From positions 89,483 through 153,482 of the forward strand of contig CAZEGN010000001.1 of NCBI GenBank assembly GCA_964512325.1: a DNA stretch of 64,000 nucleotides. Direction: 5' to 3'. Of this stretch, positions 24,319 to 32,826 are shown piece after piece (within the stretch, counting starts at the first letter, position 1; each line of letters opens with the position of its first letter). The notes under the pieces were generated by a model. The model worked only from the letters and a program-made list of their open reading frames with translations. It had not been told where the DNA came from and ran no database searches. The translations under genes were made by a program, and so were the position numbers. The stretch comes from an uncultured Candidatus Peribacteria bacterium (GTDB taxonomy: Bacteria; Patescibacteriota; Gracilibacteria; RBG-16-42-10).

Positions 24319-25512
24319 ATGATTACAAAAGATGAAATAAAAGTTGCTGCTATTACTTCTACTATAGCAATCGTCATACTTCTTGCCTTTTTCTACGGTA
24401 TTAATCAGTACACAAAGTTCCAAGATGTGAAACAAAAGGTGCTATCCCAAACAGGGTTCAATGCATTTATTAACGGTCCACACAATACTAGTAATGCTAA
24501 TATCACCCTCGCTTTTTCAGCAGTTGTACCTGATGGCGAAGTTATTGTACGTGTAGATAATAAGGAGATGATCAGAGAACCAATAACAACTAGTATCGGT
24601 AATCTCACACTGAATTTAAAAAAAGAAGGGAATTATACTATTCAAGCGCACCAACAGCTCCATCAATGGGGTTACGTGCTAGAGAGTCCATTACTCTCAT
24701 TAGGTAACATTACATACGATCATACTGCTCCTACCGGTACCCTAAAAAAGCTTTCTTCCCTACCTAAAGAAACCAACAGTAATACTGTTTACGTTTCACT
24801 TGCACTGGAGGCTAGCAGTATAGAGAAGGATGTAACTTTAGCTATTAAAAGCAATGATCATACGATTGATACAGTAAGTGCAAATACCAACGGTGTATTT
24901 GAAAATGATATGAATCTGTATGAGGGGGAGAACTCCATCGCTTTTGTTCTAAGAGATGGAGCAGGTAATGAGTCTCTTCCCTTGGCGACTGCTATGATCA
25001 CTGTTGATGGGACACCTCCAATGCTAGATACTAATTCTCAATACTCTTGCAGCGCGCAGACAGAATTTGCTTGTGTGTGGTTCAATGGAGAATTGAGAGG
25101 TCCGTTATATGGGACACTATGGGCACCAATTCTAGGCCGATACAAAAACATCAAGTCACTCAAAATAAATGGAAAAGACATTACCCTAAAGGCTGACGGC
25201 AGTATTAGCCAACGTATTGCCTTATATGTAAAACCAGGTGAAAACAAATATGAAGTACGTGCGATGGATAAGATGGGCAATCAAAATACAAGTTACTTAT
25301 CCCTATATTGGAGCTCAGAGAATGATAGTAATTCGAGTAGTGATGACTATTGTACTTTCAACTGTAGCGGTCATGAGGCAGGTTACAACTGGGCTGAAGA
25401 TAATGACATTAGTAACATATATGACTGTGACGGGAATTCAGATTCTTTCAATGAAGGCTGCCAGGAGTATGTAGAAGAGAATTATCCTGATGAGGGAGAA
25501 TTTGACTATTAG
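24319..25512 (+). CDS. membrane-anchored protein with Ig-like repeats and Cys-rich C-terminal motif
   Basis: N-terminal TM, PDGEVIVRVDNKEMI module and bacterial-Ig-like segments (DHTAPTG..., VDGTPPML). Tail CTFNCSGHEAGYNWAEDNDISNIYDCDGNSDSFNEGCQEY. Confidence 0.55.
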   Translation: MITKDEIKVAAITSTIAIVILLAFFYGINQYTKFQDVKQKVLSQTGFNAFINGPHNTSNANITLAFSAVVPDGEVIVRVDNKEMIREPITTSIGNLTLNLKKEGNYTIQAHQQLHQWGYVLESPLLSLGNITYDHTAPTGTLKKLSSLPKETNSNTVYVSLALEASSIEKDVTLAIKSNDHTIDTVSANTNGVFENDMNLYEGENSIAFVLRDGAGNESLPLATAMITVDGTPPMLDTNSQYSCSAQTEFACVWFNGELRGPLYGTLWAPILGRYKNIKSLKINGKDITLKADGSISQRIALYVKPGENKYEVRAMDKMGNQNTSYLSLYWSSENDSNSSSDDYCTFNCSGHEAGYNWAEDNDISNIYDCDGNSDSFNEGCQEYVEENYPDEGEFDY

Positions 25513-25777
25513 AAATATAGTGCAAAGAGGCTAATTAAGAGTACATTGCAATTTGCATTCTTAGACTCATGTTAGAATAGCATCGAAACTCTTAACCATA
25601 CCTTGAAGCAATTGCAGACTTAAGTTAAGCTTAATTTTGCCGTTCCTGAATGCGTCTACTAGGGGACACCACGAGCACGAAATATATTTGCTTGCTGTTA
25701 GTTTTGAGAACACTCAGTTTATTATATGGCTTTTTTGAGGTGCTCGAAGGATGAGGAGAAGGATAAGGGGGAAAATA

Positions 25778-25812
25778 AAAAAGCAGTTGAACAGACTGTT
25801 CAACTGCTTTTG
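25778..25812. terminator. bidirectional intrinsic terminator
   Basis: Near-perfect palindrome AAAAGCAGTTGAACAG-A-CTGTTCAACTGCTTTT with an A-tract on one side and a T-tract on the other. It lies 21 nt downstream of the - strand ORF ending at 25833. Confidence 0.75.
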
Positions 25813-25832
25813 ATAGCTATAGAAGACACGGC

Positions 25833-26048
25833 TTAGGCAGCGCGGTGAGTTGTGCCAGGTCTGCTACCTGAATTAGGATTTTGATCACTCAATGGTACAG
25901 CTAAACCTCTAAGACGAGCGCGATATTTTGCTCTTTCCTGTCCTTCTTGACCTGTGAGATCTAATACTTCAGGAGTACCAGCCAAAACGAGATAATCAGT
26001 CAGCTCTTCACGTGTAGTATCGATTTCTGCAAAACGATTCATAGCCAT
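25833..26048 (-). CDS. hypothetical small protein (71 aa)
   Basis: ORF followed by a strong terminator. No motif was recognised. Confidence 0.4.
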   Translation of the reverse strand: MAMNRFAEIDTTREELTDYLVLAGTPEVLDLTGQEGQERAKYRARLRGLAVPLSDQNPNSGSRPGTTHRAA

Positions 26049-26144
26049 TTAGATAATTAACTTCGTTTACACCTTAACACACACACCTTGCCAATTGCAA
26101 GCATTGATTGTATTTTAACATCTAATTGAAATTTATCAACTATC

Positions 26145-27017
26145 ATGGCGAGATCATATAAAATACGCGCTACCAGAGCACCAGTACTACAATTAGGACC
26201 ATATTCGCATCAACTGGCCAGTTATCTCCACACCAATGCAAGAGCATTAATTGATTATGCAGACATAGAAGCAGACGTTCTTGCCGACGAAATCACTCCA
26301 GCGCGCATTAGGAATGCATTGCAAGCCGCATTATCTACCCCACAAAGACAAAGAGCTTTTGTGGCCTTAAATCTTGATAAGCCCGCAGCCGCAGAAATAA
26401 AGCAGGCGCCATCAATTTCAGAAGAAGAGATCGAGCAAAGATTAGCAATGATTAGATTAGAGTTTACGATGCTTGTACGACTAGTGCTTGGCGTAAACAC
26501 CGCCCGATCAGCATTAAAGGAAATATTAACTTCACCAGACACACCTACAAAGTCGTTATTAAAGCAGCAATTTGAGCATACTCTGAGCACGCTAGATTCT
26601 TTGCTCAAACTAGTTGAACTGCTCATGCAAACCTTTATTAGAGAGCAGAGCCATCGTAAAGACTCTCGAAAAAAAGGTGAACAGATATACAGTTCTAATA
26701 AAGCGCCAGAGATAGGTGGTACATTGCTGGCCATTGAAGTGCATAAGTTAGTAGCCAATTTCTTAAAAACCACCATCTTAATTATCCGCAGAAGCCACGA
26801 CAGCGGACACACAACATCATCATTGGGCAGATTAGCAGAAATACTAAAAGAGAAGTTTGAGATTGCTACTGATATTCCACCCTGGCATGAACTTTCTATA
26901 CAGCACTTAGACAGACTGTATGAAAATCTGATCGCCCTTACTGAGGGGATATCTCATCAGCCTCATGTGGCGTTAATCGATACACTTGAGCAAAAGAAAG
27001 CAGCAGAACGTCAATAA
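26145..27017 (+). CDS. hypothetical protein (290 aa, predicted helical)
   Basis: Long ORF with no motif recognised. The 185-aa antisense ORF is judged spurious. Confidence 0.5.
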   Translation: MARSYKIRATRAPVLQLGPYSHQLASYLHTNARALIDYADIEADVLADEITPARIRNALQAALSTPQRQRAFVALNLDKPAAAEIKQAPSISEEEIEQRLAMIRLEFTMLVRLVLGVNTARSALKEILTSPDTPTKSLLKQQFEHTLSTLDSLLKLVELLMQTFIREQSHRKDSRKKGEQIYSSNKAPEIGGTLLAIEVHKLVANFLKTTILIIRRSHDSGHTTSSLGRLAEILKEKFEIATDIPPWHELSIQHLDRLYENLIALTEGISHQPHVALIDTLEQKKAAERQ

Positions 27018-27071
27018 TTTACTAATATAGAGGTTTAGGTACACTACAGCATGATTTAGCTGTCACGTCTC

Positions 27072-27737
27072 ATGTCTAAACAAGTTTGGAGGTTAATGTC
27101 TGCAGTGTGGGCCATGTGGAGAAGCTTAATTATGAAAATGAGCTTTTACCCCCTTTTGTTTTGCTTGCTGGGTGGGATTATACTCAATTTCACGCAAAAC
27201 AATGTGCTGAGTCTCCAAATCACCAGCTTTTTTATTTGGATCATTGTTGCCTTACCACTATGGTTTTTAGGACAACATTGGGTTTTTCTAGTTCCTGTTG
27301 TAACTATGAATACAGGCCTATCTTTTTTTAGCTCAACCTTGTTTGGCTACCACGTGATCTTTTTATCACTTTGCTTATCTTTGTTGCTCTGTATCATTTA
27401 TGCTCCCCGCTCTTTATTTAGTCTTTACATTTTATTCGAAGACAAAAATAAACATCCTTTGGCCTTATCCTTTGCACTAACGGAAAACTCTTACACCAAA
27501 CTTTTACTGCATGTGCTTGTATTTAGTAGTGGCAGTATTTTATTCCTATGGCTTGTTCCATTCTTATTAGGACTGATTGTGAGCCACTTTTTACTCCCCT
27601 ATTCCTCTTTTTACGTAACAACACTTTCAATTGTGCGCTTTATAGCAACTATCATGTGTGTTGCATTGACTACTTTGGTCTGGAACAGACATTTTTATGG
27701 ATTGTATAAGAGAGCGAAGATGAGTCATAGATTATAA
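27072..27737 (+). CDS. polytopic membrane protein, unknown function
   Basis: About six hydrophobic helices. The start may be the Met at MKMSFYPLL. Confidence 0.5.
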   Translation: MSKQVWRLMSAVWAMWRSLIMKMSFYPLLFCLLGGIILNFTQNNVLSLQITSFFIWIIVALPLWFLGQHWVFLVPVVTMNTGLSFFSSTLFGYHVIFLSLCLSLLLCIIYAPRSLFSLYILFEDKNKHPLALSFALTENSYTKLLLHVLVFSSGSILFLWLVPFLLGLIVSHFLLPYSSFYVTTLSIVRFIATIMCVALTTLVWNRHFYGLYKRAKMSHRL

Positions 27738-27765
27738 ATTTAAGAATCAGGGGGCAGACCCAAAA

Positions 27766-27792
27766 GAGGAGATGCGCTTATACGCTCTCCTC
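27766..27792 (+). terminator. hairpin between convergent genes (weak terminator)
   Basis: GAGGAGA(T)GCG - CTTATA - CGCTCTCCTC followed by CAATTT. It is nested inside the outer pairing AGGGGGCA (27750-27757) / TGCCCCCT (27825-27832). Confidence 0.4.
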
Positions 27793-27830
27793 CAATTTAC
27801 AATCTATAATTTATAATCCACACTTGCCCC

Positions 27831-28490
27831 CTATCTTGAATAATTGTAATAACGAACTTTCACCTCAGTCAGCCCTCCTTCTTTGGAGAAGTCTATTTTC
27901 ATTCGATCATCACTTGAGCCCTCTAGCTTTTGTAATTCAACATACCCACTTTCAGCTCCTCCCATTTGACTTTTCACTTTCCAACCTGTGGGCAAAGGGT
28001 TTTTTATAAGCTGACGATAGTAGCTCGTCACTGTAGTTACAGGGTCTAAAGTGTTGTATGTAAGACGAATATCTAAAGGCTCGCTATTCTCAATTGATGC
28101 TCCTACCAGCTTACCATTAGTATAATTAAACTGTTTTACTATATCTGGAGTTCCTTCTGGCATATCAACAGGATCAACCATTTGATAAGACTGCGCCGCT
28201 TGTTGTTGTTCAATTTGATTCAATGTGTTAGCAAAGTTGTTCAGTGCCTGCGCATTTTGCATTTGACCATTTGCATCTATTGATTGCCCCAGTTGGCCCA
28301 AAGCATTCAATCCTTGCATTGCTGCATTTAGCTCATTTGCTGGCAAATTAGTAGGCAAGCCAGCTAATGGATTTCCTAATGGTGATGGCACAACGACCGT
28401 TGGTGGTACTGGTGGTGTTCCACACGCAACTAACACTAAGCTTAAAGCTACCGGCAGAAGCAATTTAGCTTTTTTTGATATTTCGTTCAT
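27831..28490 (-). CDS. lipoprotein, unknown function
   Basis: Signal peptide with lipobox LVLVAC-G, followed by a Pro- and Gln/Asn-rich linker. Confidence 0.6.
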   Translation of the reverse strand: MNEISKKAKLLLPVALSLVLVACGTPPVPPTVVVPSPLGNPLAGLPTNLPANELNAAMQGLNALGQLGQSIDANGQMQNAQALNNFANTLNQIEQQQAAQSYQMVDPVDMPEGTPDIVKQFNYTNGKLVGASIENSEPLDIRLTYNTLDPVTTVTSYYRQLIKNPLPTGWKVKSQMGGAESGYVELQKLEGSSDDRMKIDFSKEGGLTEVKVRYYNYSR

Positions 28491-28547
28491 ACTGAACTAA
28501 TAGTTAATACATATTAATGATAGCATGCTTTTCAGTCCTAGGCAGTA

Positions 28548-28907
28548 GTGTATAATAGTATGGCCATTAACCCTAAAGTGTATATGATTATTGATTTAAA
28601 TGATCAGACATTCGCCCAGGAAATTGAACAATCAAAAGGAGTTATATTAGTAGACTTTCATGCTCTATGGTGTGGTCCATGCAAAAGACAGGGCCCGATC
28701 GTCGAGGCATTAGCTGACAAATTTAAAGACAATTTTAAAGTCGTTAAAGTAGACGTAGATGAAGCTCCTGTAACGGCTGAAAAGTTTGGCATCTCTAGCA
28801 TTCCTACCCTAGTTTTCTTTAAAAATGGTCAAATGGTAGATACGTTGTTAGGATTGCAACAACCAGCGACACTTGAGAGCAAGATCAATCAGCTTCTAGC
28901 CAGTTAA
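28548..28907 (+). CDS. trxA: thioredoxin
   Basis: VDFHALWCGPCKRQGP active site and SIPTLVFFKNGQ. Confidence 0.9.
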   Translation: MYNSMAINPKVYMIIDLNDQTFAQEIEQSKGVILVDFHALWCGPCKRQGPIVEALADKFKDNFKVVKVDVDEAPVTAEKFGISSIPTLVFFKNGQMVDTLLGLQQPATLESKINQLLAS

Positions 28908-29799
28908 TCTCTTTGTTTCTACGCCACCAGGTCATCTGCCGTTTAGCGTATGTACAAGTGTCTTTGATGATCTGGTGTTTCATGTCTTCATACGAGCACA
29001 ATCCATCTAAGTATGACTTAACCTGTCTGTAGCCAATTCCTGTGATAGCAATCTTGCTCTGCGGATAGTTTGTCAGTATTTGTTCGACCTCAGCGACTAA
29101 GCCTTGTTTTAGCTGTTGCTCTACGCGTGTGGCAATTCTCTGTTGTAGCAACTCCTTAGGAACACTAAGTCCTAACAACAGATACGGGTATTTGCATCTG
29201 CCTCTATTTTGTTTTTCCCAAATCCAGTTGCTAGTTTGGTAATAAAACTCTAGTGCACGCATTAAACGGACAGGATTCTGCCAATCCAAAAACCGAGGTG
29301 CGTCGGGATTTAGTGTTAAAAGTAGAGATTGCAACTGAGGTAAAGACATAGCGCGCACCACTTGATTGCTTTCTTTACCACCAGAAGGCAATTCATAATT
29401 ATAAACAATGCTATCAATATATAACATGGTTCCTCCTACCAGAAAGGGCGTATGTTTATCAGTAAAAACCTGCTCAATAGCAGCAAATGCTAAGGATTGG
29501 TAGTCAGCAAGGGTGAACATTTGGTCTGGCGACACAATGTCGATCAGGTGATGTGTAACCACTTCTCTTTCTTTGTTTGATGGTTTTGCGGTACCAATAT
29601 TCATATGCCGATATACCAAACGCGAGTCAGCCGAAATGATTTCGCCAGCAAATTCAAGAGCCAAGTTCAGTGAAAGAGCAGTTTTCCCAGAAGCAGTTGG
29701 TCCCAAAACCACAATCAAAGATTGGGGGTGGCACTTTAACTGCTCTCCTATAAGGAGTTTTGCTTGTGCTAAGACACCTTCTCGCCGCGTAGTACCCAT
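28885..29799 (-). CDS. miaA: tRNA dimethylallyltransferase
   Basis: VVLGPTASGKTALSL P-loop, ISADSRLVYRHMNIGTAKP and a TCTYAKRQMTWWR tail. It overlaps miaB by 31 nt. Confidence 0.9.
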   Translation of the reverse strand: MGTTRREGVLAQAKLLIGEQLKCHPQSLIVVLGPTASGKTALSLNLALEFAGEIISADSRLVYRHMNIGTAKPSNKEREVVTHHLIDIVSPDQMFTLADYQSLAFAAIEQVFTDKHTPFLVGGTMLYIDSIVYNYELPSGGKESNQVVRAMSLPQLQSLLLTLNPDAPRFLDWQNPVRLMRALEFYYQTSNWIWEKQNRGRCKYPYLLLGLSVPKELLQQRIATRVEQQLKQGLVAEVEQILTNYPQSKIAITGIGYRQVKSYLDGLCSYEDMKHQIIKDTCTYAKRQMTWWRRNKEINWLEAD

Positions 29800-31064
29800 G
29801 TGAGCGCTTCTTTAATCTTTACAGACACAATATCACCAAGACTAACTCCTTCTGCAGGCAGCTCAGTATATTTAAAGTTCTCAGCTCGACCTGAAGCAAC
29901 ACCATTTTTAATCTTATCCACCAAAACATGGAGCACAGTATCTAAATACTTTTGATTATTCTCTTCAGCAATTGCTTCCTGGAGAGCATGCAACTTGTTA
30001 AAACGATCTTTCTTTACCTCCGCCGGAACATCATCCTGCATTTTATAGGCCAACGAGTGAGGTCTCGGTGAATACATACCAATAAAAACCAAATCAAATT
30101 TTGCCTGACGATATAGGTCTAGAGTATCTTGAAACTCCTCCTCTGTCTCACCACAAAAACCTACAATAATATCTGTACTGATTGTAATCTGAGGCACCGC
30201 CTCTCGAAACTTTTTAACTAAGTCCAAAAAACTCTCTTTCGTATAGAATCGATTCATGCGACGCAGCACAGCAGACGACCCAGATTGCACTGGCAAATGA
30301 ATGGTAGGACAAAGCTTGGGAATAGTAGCATGTGCCTCTATTACATCATCCTTCATGTCCTTTGGATGTGGGGAAGTATAAAAAATACGCTCTATACCAG
30401 GAATTTCAGCGACCTTGTGTAACAAGTATGCAAAACTCGCCTGTTTGCCATCCTCTTTTATTCCCCGAAAACTATTCACATTTTGTCCCAACAAAGTGAC
30501 CTCTTTCGCCCCTTTCTCTGCGAAAGCAGAAATTTCACGAACAATGTCTTTTACAGGCCTACTACGTTCACGGCCACGGGTAAATGGAACAATGCAAAAG
30601 CTACAAAAGTTATTACATCCTGTCATAATAGGCACATACACTTGAAATGCATTTTTGGTTTTAGGAATGACATTCAGATAGTCCTCGTACTCAGCCTGTT
30701 TTAAGTCAACCCCCATGAGCTCTGCTAACTGGGCAGGCAATTTAGGTAATTCCTGAATATCAAAAGTGATATCTACTTCCGGCAGCTTACGCTTAAAGTT
30801 GTATCCTTTATGCGCAACCATACAGCCAGTAACAGCTATTACTAAATTAGGATTTTTCTCTTTCAATTCTCGCCATTTATCCCGACTCCCCAGAATTCTA
30901 TTCTCTGATTTTTGGCGTACTGAGCAAGTATTATAAATCAAAACGTCAGCTTCAGCCTCGCTCGCCGCTTGTGAAAAGTTTAAACTTTCCAAGACAGAAG
31001 CAACTCGTTCTGAATCAGACACATTCATTTGGCAACCGAAGGTAGTAATATGATATTTACGCAT
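29769..31064 (-). CDS. miaB: tRNA-i6A37 methylthiotransferase (radical SAM)
   Basis: MRKYHITTFGCQMNVSDSE start (I prefer the ATG at 31064 over the track start at 31124), CNNFCSFCIVP radical-SAM Cys triad and a TRAM-like C-terminus. Confidence 0.88.
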   Translation of the reverse strand: MRKYHITTFGCQMNVSDSERVASVLESLNFSQAASEAEADVLIYNTCSVRQKSENRILGSRDKWRELKEKNPNLVIAVTGCMVAHKGYNFKRKLPEVDITFDIQELPKLPAQLAELMGVDLKQAEYEDYLNVIPKTKNAFQVYVPIMTGCNNFCSFCIVPFTRGRERSRPVKDIVREISAFAEKGAKEVTLLGQNVNSFRGIKEDGKQASFAYLLHKVAEIPGIERIFYTSPHPKDMKDDVIEAHATIPKLCPTIHLPVQSGSSAVLRRMNRFYTKESFLDLVKKFREAVPQITISTDIIVGFCGETEEEFQDTLDLYRQAKFDLVFIGMYSPRPHSLAYKMQDDVPAEVKKDRFNKLHALQEAIAEENNQKYLDTVLHVLVDKIKNGVASGRAENFKYTELPAEGVSLGDIVSVKIKEALTWVLRGEKVS

Positions 31065-31231
31065 GTAATCAACATAATAACGAACGGGAGCAAAATACCA
31101 TGCTCGCCCAGAGAAGACTAGCAAAAAACGTACAAATGGCTCTCTTAAAAAGATATCGAGCCTGTTTTGCTTGAAATAGTAAGAGAATGACTCTACCCTA
31201 TATATGCTATTTGTAATTTGTCATCACAGTT

Positions 31232-32482
31232 ATGATTGATATTAATTTTTTACGCACTAATCCAGAAGTTGTAAAAGCAAATAATGCCACACGCAATGTT
31301 TCAGTTGATATTGATTCAATTTTAGCACAAGATAGTGCTTATCGAGCATTACTAACTGAGGTTGAGACCCTGCGTAGTCAAAGGAATCAAAAGCCCAAGA
31401 CAAAACCAACCCCAGCTGAGTTAGAAGATCTTAAACGATTAAGTGAAACTATTAAAGAAAAAGAAGCTCAAGTCCAAACACTAAAAAATGCCTTAGACAG
31501 CCTGCTATGTCAGCTTCCTAATCTCAACCACGAAAGCACCGCTGTGGGAAAAGATGACAGTGAAAACAAAGTGGAACGGATGGTAAATCCCAAACCCCAG
31601 TTTGAATTTGTCCCCAAAGAACACTTCGAATTAGCAGAAAGGCTAGACCTCATTGACATGGAACGAGGCGCTCGCCTCTCAGGAGCGCGCTTTTGGTACT
31701 TAAAGAATGAGCTTGTATTATTAGAATTTGCCTTATTGCAATTTGTGACTAGGAAACTTTATCAAAAAGGCTTTTGTCCCATGATCCCTCCCTTTATGGT
31801 GAAGGAACAAGCCATGTATGGCACAGGTTTTTTCCCTGCTGAAAAAAATGAAATCTACACAGTCAATCCTGATGAAGACAACTTATTTCTCATTGGTACA
31901 TCAGAAGTACCACTGGTCAGTTACCATATGGATGAAATCATTGACGTAACAAGCCCTAAACGTTACTTTGGTTTTTCTCCTTGTTTTCGCCGGGAAGCAG
32001 GCACATATGGTAAAGACACTAAGGGCATTATTCGTGGGCATCAGTTTGATAAACTTGAAATGGTGATTTTCTGCAGACCTGAAAATTCATGGCAAGAACA
32101 TGACTATATTTTAGCTATTGAAGAAGAAATTTTGACTGAGCTTGGCTTTCACTATCAAGTTATCAATGTATGTAGCGGCGACTTAGGCTTCCCTGCTGCC
32201 AAAAAGTATGACACTGAAGTATGGTTACCTGGACAAAAGCGTTATCGCGAGTTGACTAGCTCTTCAAATACCACTGATTATCAATCTCGCCGCTTGAACA
32301 TTCGACATAAAGATGATCAAGGCAAAAACCAGTTGGTACACACTCTCAACGGTACAGCCTGTGCATTAGGCAGAACACTTGTTGCCATCATGGAAAACTA
32401 TCAAGATAAAAATGGGAATATCACAGTTCCTGAAGTACTTAGACCTTACATGCCAGATCAAATGAGCATGATTAAACGATAG
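31232..32482 (+). CDS. serS: seryl-tRNA synthetase
   Basis: N-terminal coiled coil, class II motifs FSPCFRREAG and NGTACALGRTLVAIMEN. Confidence 0.92.
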   Translation: MIDINFLRTNPEVVKANNATRNVSVDIDSILAQDSAYRALLTEVETLRSQRNQKPKTKPTPAELEDLKRLSETIKEKEAQVQTLKNALDSLLCQLPNLNHESTAVGKDDSENKVERMVNPKPQFEFVPKEHFELAERLDLIDMERGARLSGARFWYLKNELVLLEFALLQFVTRKLYQKGFCPMIPPFMVKEQAMYGTGFFPAEKNEIYTVNPDEDNLFLIGTSEVPLVSYHMDEIIDVTSPKRYFGFSPCFRREAGTYGKDTKGIIRGHQFDKLEMVIFCRPENSWQEHDYILAIEEEILTELGFHYQVINVCSGDLGFPAAKKYDTEVWLPGQKRYRELTSSSNTTDYQSRRLNIRHKDDQGKNQLVHTLNGTACALGRTLVAIMENYQDKNGNITVPEVLRPYMPDQMSMIKR

Positions 32483-32571
32483 CAGCTCACACTTGTAAAG
32501 AGCTTGTAAAACTGTTATCTGGGCTTACCTAGAAGGCATGATACAATGAAGACTATAAATAAATTCTAATC

Positions 32572-32820
32572 ATGTTAGTCTCTCATGTGGATCAAGCCGT
32601 CTCACAATATTTGACTTCAGCTAGCGTAGAAAGCATTACGAATGGACAGGCTGTGCTAAAATTAGAACAAACTGGTGAAATAGTTTCTTGGCCAATAAGC
32701 CATCTTCCTGCACACATATCACCAGGCAGCCATATCACCATTCAATTTGGCGATGAAAAGCAAAAAGTGCAAGAAAGAAATAACATTGCATATATGGTGC
32801 TTGAGCAGTTAATGCAATAG
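32572..32820 (+). CDS. small DUF3006-like protein
   Basis: The GQAVLKLEQTGEIVSWPISHLPAHISPGSHITIQF pattern resembles DUF3006 (from memory). It lies 6 nt upstream of the sbcC-like gene. Confidence 0.4.
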   Translation: MLVSHVDQAVSQYLTSASVESITNGQAVLKLEQTGEIVSWPISHLPAHISPGSHITIQFGDEKQKVQERNNIAYMVLEQLMQ

Positions 32821-32826
32821 CTTTTC

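Noticed and set aside
26255-26812. 185-aa antisense ORF opposite the 290-aa hypothetical gene
   Set aside because: It is Cys/Ser-rich and low-complexity with no start context. The + strand ORF is longer and has a plausible upstream region. Neither has homology I can recognise, so this call has only moderate certainty.
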